From assembly GCF_004010195.1 (NCBI RefSeq), contig NC_057748.1, positions 27,433,501 through 27,492,687 of the forward strand: a stretch of DNA of 59,187 nucleotides. The letters are read 5' to 3'. This DNA comes from Chiloscyllium plagiosum. Lineage: Eukaryota. Position 1 is the first letter of the stretch. Each line of letters starts with the position of its first letter. The position numbers and the translations under genes are program-made. The notes below the pieces were generated by a model that was not told the origin of the DNA, searched no databases, and saw nothing but the letters and a program-made list of their open reading frames with translations. Shown one piece after another: positions 35,201 through 48,357 of the stretch.

Positions 35201-38200
35201 GACAGAAAGAAAGACAGAGAGTCAGAAAGAGAGACAGAGCGAGAGAGACAGAGAGAAACAAGACAGANNNNNNNNNNNNNNNNNNNNNNNNNNNNNNNNN
35301 NNNNNNNNNNNNNCCCCCAATTGACAACTCACAACAGCCCAGCCAGAAATACACCTGTCCCTTAGGGAGATTCATAAAAGATTCACCAGCCTTTTTCTCC
35401 CGATGTCACTGGAATTTCCACCCAATCCTGTCATAACTCTCGACATAGCCCTTGTCATTCAGCCCTCTGTAGGATTCTGACCCATGATACCATCTGCTCC
35501 TGTTCTTGCAGATAGACGGCTGTGGTTGTTGGAGGTCAGTCATCTCAGCTCTAAGACATCCCTGCAGGTGTCCCTCAGGGGAGTGTCCCTAGACCCAACC
35601 ACCTTCAGCTGCTCCATCAATGACCTTCCCTCTATTAGAAGTGAGGATGTTCGCCAATGTTCAGCACCATTCACCGCTCCTCAGATACCAAAGCAGTCCA
35701 TGTTAAGATAACACAACTGGGCCAATATCCAGACTTGGGCTGACAAGTGGGAAGTAATATTCCACCATACAAATACCAGGCAAAGATGATCTCCAACAAG
35801 AGAGAATCTATCCACCTCCCCATTGACAATCAATGGCGTTACCATCACTGAATCCCTCCCACTACCAATATCCTGGGGGTTACCGTTGAGAGAGAATCTA
35901 ACCATCGCCCCCCTTGACATTCAATGGTGTTCCCATCACTGAATCCCTCCCACTATCAATATTCTGGGGGTTACCGTTGAGACAGAACTAACCATTGCCC
36001 CCTTGACTTTCAATGGTGTTACCATCACTGAATCCCCACTACCAATATCCTGGGGGTTACCGTTGAGACAGAACTAACCATTGCCCCCTTGACGTTCAAT
36101 GGTGTTACCATCACTGAATTCCCCCACTACCAACATCCGGGGGGTTACCATTGAGACAGAATCTAACCATCACCCCCTTGACGTTCAATGGTGTTACCAT
36201 CACTGAATTCCACTCCCTACCACTATCAACACCCGAGGGGTTATTGTTGACCAGGTAAGCAGATATATAGGGACACCACTTTTTGCAAGTTCTGTTCCAA
36301 GCCACTCACGATCCTGACTTGGAAATATATTGGCTGTTCCTTCAGTGTCACTGGGTCAATAAGACTTTCAACAAGCTGTAACTCTTCCGTTATTTGTGAC
36401 TCACTACCCAGCCCAACAAGAAAAACACCTTGCCCTTTGGGAGAATCATATAAGATGCAATGTCTATGTTTTCCCAACATCAAGTTCGACCTCAGCAGAA
36501 TTTCCAGCCAATCCGGTCATAAATCTCACCACAGCCTCTCTAATGGCACGGTGTGGGCTTTACCCTTTAGTATATGGACTGCAGCTCATCACCACCTTCT
36601 CAAGGGCCAATTAGGGATGGACCATGAATGCTGGGCCCAGTCAGCTACACCCATATCCCACCAGTGAATAAATAAAATGGCCAAGAGACTGGGGCCACTG
36701 GCTATTACCTTGACACGCTTGATCTGCTGGAACTTCAGCCACAAGACATTTGTAATAGGGACCTTCTGTGAATCCATCCCGGATCAGATCTGTGGGACAT
36801 CAGAACAGATTGTTCATGTTCTCAAAGTGCCCTACCTTCCAGAAACTCTGTGTGTGCGTGTGCGTGTCTGTGTGTGTGTTCTATGTGAGTGAGAGAGTGT
36901 GTATAAATGAGTCTGTGTGTGGGACNNNNNNNNNNNNNNNNNNNNNNNNNNNNNNNNNNNNNNNNNNNNNNNNNNNNNNNNNNNNNNNNNNNNNNNNNNN
37001 NNNNNNNNNNNNNNNNNNNNNNNNNNNNNNNNNNNNNNNNNNNNNNNNNNNNNNNNNNGTGTCTGTGTGNNNNNNNNNNNNNNNNNNNNNNNNNNNNNNN
37101 NNNNNNNNNNNNNNNNNNNNNNNNNNNNNNNNNNNNNNNNNNNNNNNNNNNNNNNNNNNNNNNNNNNNNNNNNNNNNNNNNNNNNNNNNNNNNNNNNNNN
37201 NNNNNNNNNNNNNNNNNNNNNNNNNNNNNNNNNNNNNNNNNNNNNNNNNNNNNNNNNNNNNNNNNNNNNNNNNNNNNNNNNNNNNNNNNNNNNNNNNNNN
37301 NNNNNNNNNNNNNNNNNNNNNNNNNNNNNNNNNNNNNNNNNNNNNNNNNNNNNNNNNNNNNNNNNNNNNNNNNNNNNNNNNNNNNNNNNNNNNNNNNNNN
37401 NNNNNNNNNNNNNNNNNNNNNNNNNNNNNNNNNNNNNNNNNNNNNNNNNNNNNNNNNNNNNNNNNNNNNNNNNNNNNNNNNNNNNNNNNNNNNNNNNNNN
37501 NNNNNNNNNNNNNNNNTGTGTGTGTGTGAGTGAGAGAGAGTGTATGTGAGAGTGTATGTGTGTGTATAAATGAGTTTGTGTGTGAGACAGTGTGTTTTCA
37601 AAAGTGTGTGTGTGTGAGTGAGAGAGAGAGAGAGAGAGAGCATGTGAATGTACAAAATGGGTTTGTGTGTTTGTGGGGGAGTGTTTATGTGAAAGTGTGT
37701 GAGTGAGTGAGAGAGTGTAAGTGTGAGAGTGTGTGTATATATATATATAAATGAGTTTGTGTGTATGTGGGAGTGTTTGTGTGTGTAGGAGTGTGTGAGA
37801 GAATGTGAGTGCGAGTGACAGGGTGAGTGTTTGTCACTTTAAAAACATCACCTTCTGCAGTCTGAGCCACCTGACCAGCAAGCTTTTCATATTCTGCCAG
37901 CTCCTGGAACACAAAAGACCAGTAGAACAGCAATTACATTCACAGGTGTGCACTAAACCCCCAAGTAATACAGGTTCAAATCCCATCGCAGCCTCTGGGC
38001 AATATTTCAATTCAAGGATTAAGATCTGGAACTGGAAGCTAATGGGTTCAGTCACGGGGAAGGAAATCTGTCACCTTCTGATCTAGGCCTACATGTGACT
38101 CCAGATCTACACACACACACACACACACCCATTCAGACACAGTCTATCAGACACACACACACGCTCACATATATACACACTCACGAACACAAACTCACTC

Positions 38201-38793
38201 ACACCTCTCACATGCACACACTCACTCTCGCGCACACACTCTCTCAAACGCACACTCTCACTCTCACACGGACACTCTCTCTCTCATACGTGCACTCTCA
38301 CACACGCACACTTTCTCTCTCTCTCTCACACACACACACTCTCAGAGCCATGGATATACACAGAATGCACCTTGTCCTGATAACCAGCTCCCTCTCCAGC
38401 AGAGGTACACAAGGGCAAGCTGGCAAAACCTTGGTAACTAAGAACCAACAGAAATCTCCCTTTCATTAGCTTGCAATCCCTTTTCCCGCTGTAAAGTGTG
38501 GAGTGTTTACAGAGCCGTCCTCTCCCTTCCCCCTCTACCAACCCCCAGTCTGTCTCAGTTAAACCAGCCATCTCTCAAAGTCTTGTATCGCTCGGGCAAA
38601 GGACATCTGGCAGAGAGAGAGAGAGCGCTGCTTTCCCCTGACCGCAGGGTCTGCTCGACTTTGTGAAAGTTTCTGAGATTCTCCTTGAGTTCTCCGACGA
38701 GGGGAGAGGATGTGGCTGCTGCTGCTGGCAGACCTTGATCATTCGGACAATGTGCTCGCTGTCCTCAGGCCTGGCCTCCCGCACCGTGAACAT
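29219..38793 (-). CDS. SAT2-like (diamine/thialysine N-acetyltransferase family, GNAT), copy A, complete. Exons 38793-38734, 37903-37852, 36789-36709, 34098-33997, 32714-32674, 29419-29219; 178 aa
   Basis: 537-nt spliced ORF, all GT-AG. Exon sizes 60/52/81/102/41/201 fit the SAT1/SAT2 gene structure. Motifs ELAEYE, DLIRDGF, WKGRAMYLEDLYVM, acetyl-CoA loop RGKGIG, SIEFY and DLTKSEGWHLF look closer to SAT2 than SAT1. Candidate ATTAAA at 28933-28938. Confidence 0.93.
29775..30250 (+). mobile_element. CR1-type LINE 3' end
   Basis: [49 protein letters not shown]. Confidence 0.9.
30575..31195. mobile_element. Penelope-like terminal repeats: three tandem minus-strand units plus one inverted plus-strand unit
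   Basis: catcaccatactaggtgacatcatcagtgagcctctggtgaag repeated at ~30662, 30764 and 30906; reverse-complement copy at ~31046-31195. Confidence 0.7.
35800..36250 (+). repeat. ~88-bp tandem repeat (x5) amplified from a LINE internal segment
   Basis: caatggtgttaccatcactgaatccc...atcctgggggttaccgttgaga recurs at 35831, 35922, 36011, 36097 and 36186, continuing from LINE RT-like sequence. Confidence 0.8.
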
Positions 38794-39820
38794 CGTCGCT
38801 TTGCTGATCTCTCCCTGAGCAGTCCTACACTCTCTCTCTCTCTCTCTCCCACTCTCACTCCCACACTGCCTCTCTCACTCCCACTAGGGCCACTCCCCCA
38901 ACCTCTCTCTCTCTCTCACTCACACACGATTTGGAGATGCTGTTGTTGGACTGGGGTGTACAAAGTTTAAAATCACACCACACCAGGTTATAGGAGAAAG
39001 TGAGGTCTGCAGATGCTGGAGATCAGAGCTGGAAAGAGGGCTTATGCCCGAAACGTCGATTCTCCTGTTCCCTGGATGCTGCCTGACCTGCTGCGCTTTT
39101 CCAGCAACACATTTCCAGCCCACACCAGGTTATAGTCCAACAGGTTCTTTCATGTGTAAATCACAAAATTTCTTTTTATAAGTTACATTCTCAAGTTAAC
39201 TGTAACAATTGGTGTCAGCCTATACACACACATACACACAGACACACGTATACACAGACACGCACGCACACTTCTCCAGACACACACATTCCCACACTCA
39301 CACATGCACCCTCTCACAGACTTAGACCACTTTACACTCACACNNNNNNNNNNNNNNNNNNNNNNNNNNNNNNNNNNNNNNNNNNNNNNNNNNNNNNNNA
39401 CAGACACACACAAACCCACATGCACACATATGCATATAGGTTTGTGGGGTGAATTTGTACTTGCAAAGTTACACTGTACTCTGCTCAAAAACTGCACAAA
39501 TTCACATAAGACTCTGTTATCTCACTTTTTAGATTAGAATCAGTCTAAACGTTATGGCACAGACAGGGAACACAGGGGGCTAACACCTTCAACATCTTCT
39601 CTGGGCGGACACCAATTGTTAGAGTTAACCTGAGAATGCAACTTATATAAAAAAGGTTTTGTGATTTACACATGAAAGAAGTGAAACTATCAGGGTCATT
39701 CTAACAGATGAAAGACTCAACAAACAATCGAGGTATTTTCCAATGTATAATATCAGTTACATCACACTGTAAACTTTTGCTATAAATTCTGTGCCTTACA
39801 ATTGTGTCCTCCACTATCAC

Positions 39821-39849
39821 CTGATGAAGGAGCAACGCTCCGAAAGCTA
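39821..39849 (+). ncRNA. Minimal hammerhead ribozyme motif (family 2, best-preserved copy)
   Basis: CAC-CUGAUGA-A-GGAGC(AAC)GCUCC-GAAA-GCUA-GUG: canonical core, 5-bp helix II, palindromic AGCU, helix I CAC/GUG. Confidence 0.6.
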
Positions 39850-39919
39850 GTGCTTCCAATTCTCTCTCTCTCTCTCTTACACACACTCTCTTTCTCTCTC
39901 TCCTGCTGAGACCAAGCTC

Positions 39920-40550
39920 ACAGAGATGTACAGCACGGAAACAGACCCTTCAGCCCAACCCGTCCATGCCGACCACATATCCTAACCTAATCTAGTCCCA
40001 TTTGCCACCACTTGGCCCATATCCCTCCAAACCCTTTCTATTTATGTCCCCATCCAGATGCCTTTTAAATGCTGTCATTGTACCAGCCTCCACCACTTCC
40101 TCTGGCAGCTTATTCCATACACATACCACCCTCTGTGTGAAAAAATTGCCCCTTAGGTCCCTTTCCCCGCTCACCTTAAACCTTTGCCCTCTAGTTCTGG
40201 ACTGCCCCACTCCAGGGAAAAGACCTTGTCCATTTACCCTATCCAAGCCCCTCATGATTTTATAAACTTCTATAAGGTCACTCCTCAACCTCCTACGCTC
40301 CAGGGAAAACAACCCCAGGCTATCCAGCCTCTCCTTATAACCCATACCCCCCTGTGTTCCTGGCACCATCCAGATAAATCTCTTCTGAACCCTCTCCAGA
40401 TTAAAAATCTCCTTCCTATAACAGGGTGACCAGAACTGGACACCATTCTCCAGACGAGGCCTCACCAACTTCCTGTACAACCTCAACATGGCATCCCAAC
40501 TCCTGTACTCAAAGGTCTGACCAATGAAGGCAAGCGTGATAAGTGCCTTC
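39920..40550 (-). mobile_element. CR1-type LINE 3' end
   Basis: Open 165-aa ORF: LYRKLVRPRLENGVQFWSP...LERRRLRSDLIEVYKIM...FKRHLD. Confidence 0.92.
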
Positions 40551-40969
40551 TATACTGCAATCCTACACTCCACCCCCATGTATACCCTCACCCACAACAT
40601 GACCTGCCCCTCACCCACCCTCCCATTCACTTCCATCTTGACAAAGAGTCCCTGCCCACTCAGTCCTTTCTCCCTTCACAGTTCACACTCAGGGACAAAG
40701 GGTTAGAGCTGTGAGGGATTACATTTCTATAGTGCCGGGCACTCTGGGGAGTCGCCCTTTAGAAGGGTCAGTGTAGTAGGCTCCCATGCACAGAGCTGTG
40801 ACAATTCTCGGATTATCTCTTCTCGGACAGGATTCGAGGGGCGGGAACTTAGCCCAGGACATGCCGGAGAGGTCAGACCCTGTGCCAGGGCTCCTTGCTT
40901 TGGAATGGCAGCTGGGCAGGGAGTCATTTTAATCCACACGCGAGAGTCCCATCCTGAAAGACAATACTT

Positions 40970-43318
40970 CCACAGTGCCCACTCCCTCGGTGCTGACCCT
41001 CCAACAGTGCCTGCTCCCTCAGCACTGACCCTCCCACAGTGCCCACTCCATCAGCACTGACCCTCTGACAGTGCCTGCTCCCTCAGCACTGACCCTCCCA
41101 CAGTGCCCACTCCATCAGCACTGACCCTCTCACAGTGCCCACTCCCTCAGCACTGACCCTCCGACACTGCCCACTCCCTCAGCACTGACCCTCTCACAGT
41201 GCCCACTCCCTCAGCACTGACCCTCTCACAGGGCCCACTCCTTCAGCACTGACCCTCCCATAGTGTCCACTCCCTTAGCACTGACCGTCTCACAGTGCCC
41301 ACTCCCTCAGCATTGACCCTCCCACAGTGCCCACTCCCTCAGCATTGACCCTCCCATAGTGTCCACTCCCTCAGCATTGACCCTCTCACAGTGCCCACTC
41401 CCTCAGCACTGACCCTCTCAAAGTGCTCACTCTCTTGGCGATGACCCTCCAACAGTGCCTGCCCCCTCAGCGCTAACCCTCCAACAGTGCCCACTCCCTC
41501 AGCACTGACCCTCCCACTGTGCCCTCACCCTCAGCGCTGACCCTCCCACAGTGCCCACTCCCTCAGCATTGACCCTCTCACAGTGCCTGCTCCCTCAGCC
41601 CTGACCGTCCCACAATGCCCGCTCACTCTGCGCTGACCCTCCGACAGTGGATAGTGCCAAAGGAGGTTGTAGGTTACAGAGGGACACAGATAAGCTGCAG
41701 AGCTGGGCTCAGAGGTGGCAAATGGGTTTAATGTGGAAAAGTGTGTGGTGATTCACTTTGGAAGGAGTAACAGGAATGCTGACTATTGGGCTAATGGTAA
41801 GATTCTTGGTAGTGTAGATGAGCAGAGAGATCTCAGTGTCCACGTACATAGATCCTTGAAAGTTGCCACTCAGGTTGACAGGGTTGTTAAGAAGGCATAC
41901 GGTGTGTTAGCTTTTATTGGTAGAGGGGTTGAGTTTCGGAACCATGAGGTCATGCTGCAGCTATACAAAACTCTGGTGCAGCCGCACTTGGCGTATTGTG
42001 TACAGTTCTGATCCCCGCATTATAGGATGGATGAGGTGGAAGCTTTGGAAAGGGTTCAGAGGAGATTTACCAGGATGTGGCCTGGTCTGGAGGTTGACGA
42101 GAGAAGGCTGAGGGAACTGAGGCTGTTTTCATTAGAGAAGAAGGTGGAAGGAGACTTAATTGAGACATATAAGATAATCAGAGGGTTAGAGAGGGTGGAC
42201 AGTGAGAGCCTTTTTCCTTAGATGGTGATGGCTGACACGAGCTTTAAGTTGAGGGGTGACAGATATAGGACAGATGTCAGAGGTAGAGTCATTACTCAGC
42301 GAGTAGTAGGGGTGTGGAACGCCCTGGCCTGCAACAGTAGGAGACTCGCCAACTTTAAGGGCATTTAAATGGTCATTGGATAGACATATGGATGAAAAGA
42401 GAATAGTGTAGGTTAGATGGGTTCACAGGTTGGTGCAACATCGAGGTCCAAAGGCCCGGGACTGTGCTGTAATGTTCTATGACAGTGCCCACTCCCTCAG
42501 CATGGACCATCCCACTGTGCCCGCTCCCTCAGAGCTGACCCTCCCACTGTGCCAGCTCCCTCACCACCGACCCTCCCACTGTGCCCACTCCCTCAGCATG
42601 GACCATCCCACTGTGTCCGCTCCCTCAGAGCTGACGTTTCCACAGTGCCCACTCCCTCAGAGCTGACCCTCCCACAGTGCCAGCTCCCTCAGAGCTGACC
42701 CTCCCACAGTGCCCACTCCCTCAGTGGTGACCCTCCGAGTGCCCACTCCCTCAGTGCTGACCCTCTGACAGTGCCCACTCCCTCAGTGCTGACGCTCCGA
42801 CAATGCCCACTCCCTCAGTGGTGACCCTCCGAGTGCCCACTCCCTCAGTGCTGACCCTCTGACAGTGCCCACTCCCTCAGTGCTGACGCTCCGACAATGC
42901 CCACTCCCTCAGTGCTGACCCTCTGACAGTGCCCACTCCCTCAGCACTGACCCTCCGACAGTGCCCACTCCCTCAGCACTGATCCTCTAACAGTGCCTAC
43001 TCCCTCAGCACTGACCCTCCGACAATGTCCATTCCCTCAGCACTGACCCTCCGACAGTGCCCACTCCCTCAGCACTGACCCTCCAACAGCACCCACTCCC
43101 TCAGCACTGACCCTCCGACAGTGCCCACTCCCTCAGCACTGACCCTCTGACAGTGCCCTCTCCCTCAGCACTGACCCTCCGACAATGCCCACTCCCTGAG
43201 CACTGATCCTCCGACAACGCCCACTCCGTCAGCACTGACCCTCCGACAGTGCCCACTCCCTCAGCACTGACCCTCCGACAATGCCCACTCCCTCAGCACT
43301 GACCCTCTGACAGTGCAG
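40970..43318. repeat. Large 32-bp minisatellite array split by a CR1 insertion
   Basis: Dozens of cagtgcccactccctcagcactgaccctccga units at 40970-41650 and 42480-43318. Confidence 0.95.
41650..42480 (+). mobile_element. 5'-truncated CR1-type LINE
   Basis: FNVEKCVVIHFGRSN...LQLYKTLVQPHLAYCVQF, LERVQRRFTRM, and 3' tail ctgtaatgttctat. Confidence 0.92.
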
Positions 43319-44139
43319 CAATTGAATGCTGGTGCAGACCCGATGGTGGCTCCTCACTATTTTCACCAGAGGTAATTATAGACAGGCAATAAATACTGGG
43401 CCCAGCCCACAACCCCCAAATCTCCCTAGTGGATATTTCAAAACATTAATGGAGGCATTGGAGGGAGGAAGTGATGAAATGAATGAATTTGACCCAGATT
43501 AAATAGTATGTGACTGGTACAGATTTAGAAATGTAGACATTGAAAATAGGAACAGACCATTCAGTCCATCGAATGTGTTCCACCATGCACGGTTGATCTT
43601 CTATCTGTACACCATACTCCCAATTTCTCCTCATATCCCTTTCGTCTTAAGGAATCTATCAATTTGTTCCTGGAAATGTACTTCCCAAGCTCAGCTCAGA
43701 CTGCTGTGTGTAGCAGAGAGTTCTCCGCTCTCTGGCTAGAGTCATTGCCATCCCCCTCCCCATCTCAGTCCCACCCTGTCACCTTCAGACTGTGTCTCTC
43801 CCCCTTTCCCCCGGCTGCTAGACTCCCTCAAGCAGGGAAAAGCATCCTCGTTCTGACCAGCTCCGTTAGAATTTTATGCCTTTCAGTCAGATCCTACCCC
43901 TCGCCCATTCTTCGAAACTCCTCTGAATTCGGTTGTGCCAATCTCTCCCTGTAAGACGAACCTCCCCACCCATCGCTGTGTGGTCACGTGTAGGCCCAGA
44001 CCAGGTAAGGGCAGTAGATTTCCTGCCCCCCCCCCAGTTAGTGACCTCTGATGGGGCTCTTACCACAGTTGATGTTACAATTCCTGGTATCGTTGAGATT
44101 AATTCCCCGTTTAATCAATTTGATTAGATCGAAACTCCT

Positions 44140-46270
44140 CACATTTACAACAGTCGTCGAACTTTAAGTGGTCATTGGATAGGCATAGGATCTGGACCAG
44201 ATGGGCCAATGGGCTGAGACGTGGCAGATGGTGTTTAATTCAGATAAATGCGAGATGCTGCATTTTGGGAAAGCAAATCTTAGCAGGACTTATACACTTA
44301 ATGGTAAGGTCCTGGGGAGTGTTGCTGAACAAAGAGACCTCGGAGTGCAGGTTCATAGCTCCTTGAAAGTGGAGTCGCAGGTAGATAGGATAGTGAAGAA
44401 GGNNNNNNNNNNNNNNNNNNNNNNNNNNNNNNNNNNNNNNNNNNNNNNNNNNNNNNNNNNNNNNNNNNNNNNNNNNNNNNNNNNNNNNNNNNNNNNNNNN
44501 NNNNNNNNNNNNNNNNNNNNNNNNNNNNNNNNNNNNNNNNNNNNNNNNNNNNNNNNNNNNNNNNNNNNNNNNNNNNNNNNNNNNNNNNNNNNNNNNNNNN
44601 NNNNNNNNNNNNNNNNNNNNNNNNNNNNNNNNNNNNNNNNNNNNNNNNNNNNNNNNNNNNNNNNNNNNNNNNNNNNNNNNNNNNNNNNNNNNNNNNNNNN
44701 NNNNNNNNNNNNNNNNNNNNNNNNNNNNNNNNNNNNNNNNNNNNNNNNNNNNNNNNNNNNNNNNNNNNNNNNNNNNNNNNNNNNNNNNNNNNNNNNNNNN
44801 NNNNNNNNNNNNNNNNNNNNNNNNNNNNNNNNNNNNNNNNNNNNNNNNNNNNNNNNNNNNNNNNNNNNNNNNNNNNNNNNNNNNNNNNNNNNNNNNNNNN
44901 NNNNNNNNNNNNNNNNNNNNNNNNNNNNNNNNNNNNNNNNNNNNNNNNNNNNNNNNNNNNNNNNNNNNNNNNNNNNNNNNNNNNNNNNNNNNNNNNNNNN
45001 NNNNNNNNNNNNNNNNNNNNNNNNNNNNNNNNNNNNNNNNNNNNNNNNNNNNNNNNNNNNNNNNNNNNNNNGTTGCAACATTTAAGAGGCATTTGGATGG
45101 GTATATGAATAGGAAGGGTTTGGAGGGATATGGGCTGGGTGCTGGCAGGTGGGACTAGATTGGGTTGGGATATCTGGTCGGCATAGACGGGTTGGGCCGA
45201 AGGGTCTGTTTCCGTGCTGTACATCTCTATGACTCTTATGACTCTATATGGACGAGAATGGAACAATATAGATTAGATGGGCTTCACATTGGTTTCACAG
45301 GGCGGCGCAACATAGAGGGCCGAAGGGCCTGTACTGCACTGGAATGTTCTATGTTCTATGCTGTGGCAGAAATTGAACTCAAATGCTTCTGCAAAACTAG
45401 ACCAGGCCTCTGGGACTCTAGTCCAGTAAAATATTCTTCCCCCCCACCTTCAGCTCCCGGTGAATATTGTCATAGCCGACCCCGTCACTCTTCATCCGTC
45501 AATCCTACCATCCCAGGAAACAGTCCGGTAAACCTTCGCTGCACTCCCTCTGTCACCAAAACAGCCTTTTCCTCAGGTACGGATACCAAAACTGCACGTG
45601 GTACTCCAGATGTGGTCGCACCAAGGCCCTGTACAGCAAGACATCCCTGCTCCTGTACTTGAATCCTCTCACTACAAAGGCCAACGCGCCATTGCTTAGT
45701 TCTGAGGCTTTATGACGCTCTGGTAGGCCCACCATTTGGAGTGTGGTGCGCAGTTTTGGGCCCCATATCTCGGGAAGGATGTACTGGCCCCCTGGAGCGG
45801 GTTCATTGGAGGATCACAACAACGGTCCCAGGAATGAAAGGTTTAACGCACGGGGAACGTTTGAGGAACTCTGGGTCTATACTCGATGGAGGTTAGAAGG
45901 ATGAGGTGGGATCTAATTGAAACTTACAGAATACTGGACAGAGTGGATGTTGGGAAGATGTTTCCATTGGTAGGAGAGACTAGGACCCAAGGGCACAGCC
46001 TTAGAGTAAAGCTAAGACCCTTTAGAACAGAGATAAGGAGAAACGTCTTCAGCCAGAGAGTGGGGAATCTATACAATTCACCGCCACAGAAGGCTGTGGA
46101 GGCCTGGTCATTGAGGATATTGAAGACGGAGATAGATAGGTTCTTGAGTATCGAGGGGATCAAGGGTTACAGGGAGAGAGTGGGAGAATGGGGCTGAGAA
46201 ACTTGTCAGCCGTGATTGAATGGCGGAGGGGGCTCGATGGGCTGAATGGCCTAATTTCTGCTCCTATGTT
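44140..46270. mobile_element. Cluster of CR1-type LINE fragments in both orientations, with an internal gap
   Basis: WAETWQMVFNSDKCEMLHFG; RRMRWDLIETYRIL; minus-strand LYRALVRPHLEY. Confidence 0.85.
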
Positions 46271-46629
46271 TCACGGCCTTGCGATTCCGATGTGTTGAAT
46301 GCGGTCTCGCGTGACACAGAAAGCTGAGGTGCTGGTCGACGGGAGCTCCCTGGAACACAGCAGCAGAGAGGTCTTGGGCACACAGGAGGCCGTCAGAACC
46401 TCCCAGCTCGGAGCGGGCACTTTGGCCCTCCATGGCGGCCGGAGATGGAGCCCAAAGCGGGCAGAGCGATGAGGGAGGTCCCCTGATATCTGCAGTGGAG
46501 AGGGCGGGGATCCTGTGGTGTCCCAGCGAGCAGCCCCCAAGTGCAGGAGATCGATCCCCTCTCGGGAATGTGAGCCCAACATGGCTAAGCTCTTGGGAAC
46601 TTCTTCTTTTCCTAATTTGTACCTAAGTG

Positions 46630-47035
46630 GTGTGTGTGTGTGTCTGTGGGTGTGTGTGTGTGCCAGTCGTGCATGTTTGCAGTGTGCTTCTGTGCTTATT
46701 TATGTGTAAACGTTTGTGTGTGTATTTCTATGTGTGTGCGTGTGGTTTGTGTATGTTCTTGTATGTATAAGTGCATGTGTTTATACACTTGTGTCCCTAC
46801 GTGCGTGCCAGTGTGTGTCAGTGTATGTCCACAGTTTGTGTCTATGTATGTGTGTGTCTGTGTGTGCGCATGTGTGTAGTGTGCGTGTGTGTGCGTGTCT
46901 GTCTGTGTGCGTGTATGTCTGTGTATGTCAGTGTGCGTGTGTGTGCGTGTCTGTCTGTGTGTGTGTCTGTGTGTGTGCGTCTGTGTGTATGTCAGTGTCT
47001 GTGTGTGTGTGTCGTGTGCGCGTGTGTGTCTGTCA
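46630..47035. repeat. Degenerate (GT)n microsatellite; similar (CA)/(GA) tracts at 5575-5840, 19710-20600, 36850-37830 and 38105-38345
   Basis: Direct inspection. Confidence 0.95.
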
Positions 47036-48357
47036 ACATTCAATACTTTTCACTGTCCTTATATTCTTGAGTACCTGCAACAATAAAGTCTAATTCTTCT
47101 GGAGTACTGGTCCAGTTCTGGTCGCCCTGTTGCAGGGGGGATATTGTTAAGCTGGAGAGGGTTCAGAAGCTTGGGAGAAAGTCAGGACTGCAGATACTGA
47201 GGGAGGGTCGGAGTCATTAAGCATGGCACTGGAAAAGCACAGCCTGTCAGGCAGCGTCCGAGGAGCAGGAGTATCGTCGTTTCAAACATAAGCTCTTCAT
47301 CATTTACCAGGATGTTACCAGGGACGGAAAGTTTGAGTTATCAAGAAAAGCTGGGGACTTTTTCTTTCACTGGAGCGTAGGAGGTTGAGACGTGACCTGA
47401 TAGAGGTTTATAAAATAATGAGGTGTGTGCATAGAGAGTAATGGCAGGTGTCTTTTCCCTAGGATGGGGGTATTCAAGATGAGGGGGCATATTTTTAAGG
47501 TGAGAGGAGAGAGATTTAAAAAGGACATGAGGGGCAAATATTTGACACAGAGGGTGGTTGGAATGAACTTCCTGAGGAAGTGGTGGATGTGGGTAATGTT
47601 TAAAAGATGTTTGGATAAGTACATTAACAAGAAAGGTTTGGAGGGATATAGGCCAGGAGCAGCCAGGTAGGACTAGTTACGTTTGGGATTATGTTCGGCA
47701 TGGACTGGTTGGACCCAAGGGTCTGTTCCCGAGCGGTGTGACTCTTTTCAGTGTTTTGTGCATTTCCATTAGATCATCTCTCACTCGAGAGAGTCAGGCT
47801 CCATTCACCCACACTCTCTCTCTCTCTCTCCATAGGATGGTCCCAAAGTCCTGGGAACAAGTCTCATGAACCCTTGCTGCTCTCCCTTCCTGGCAATAAT
47901 GTCTTTCTTGAGATAAGGAGACCAGAACTGTGTACACAGTGCTCCGGGTGTGAATGAACTAAGCTCCCAGACAATCGAGGCAAGACCTCACTATACCTGT
48001 ACTCGAACCGTCTCGCAATAAAGGCTAACGTTCCATTGGTCTCCCTCATAACTTGCTGCGCTTCCAAATGGTCGAGAAAGCACAACCACGCCTCTAATTC
48101 CTAAGGAAATTTGGCAAGTCCACGAGGACTCTGAACCAATTTATACAGTTGCACCAGACAGCTTCCTGACTGAATGCATCATAGCCAGGTTTGGCAATTT
48201 CCCAAGACTTCAAGAAATCACAGGGAGTCTCGAACACAGCCCAGTCCATCACGCAAACCAACCTTCCATTCATTGACTCCGTCCTCTCTTCCCAATGCCT
48301 GTGGAAAGAAACATCATCAAGGACCCCTCCCACCCTGATTATATGCTCTTCCACCCT

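Noticed and set aside
29219-38793. Link between the SAT-like genes and shark polyamine-sterols such as squalamine
   Set aside because: Pure speculation; nothing in the sequence supports it, and acetyl transfer is not the conjugation chemistry required.
46270-46620. GC-rich non-repetitive segment considered as a HAPLN2 5' or Ig exon
   Set aside because: No signal peptide or Ig motifs and no convincing splice pair; separated from HAPLN2 by a 500-N join.
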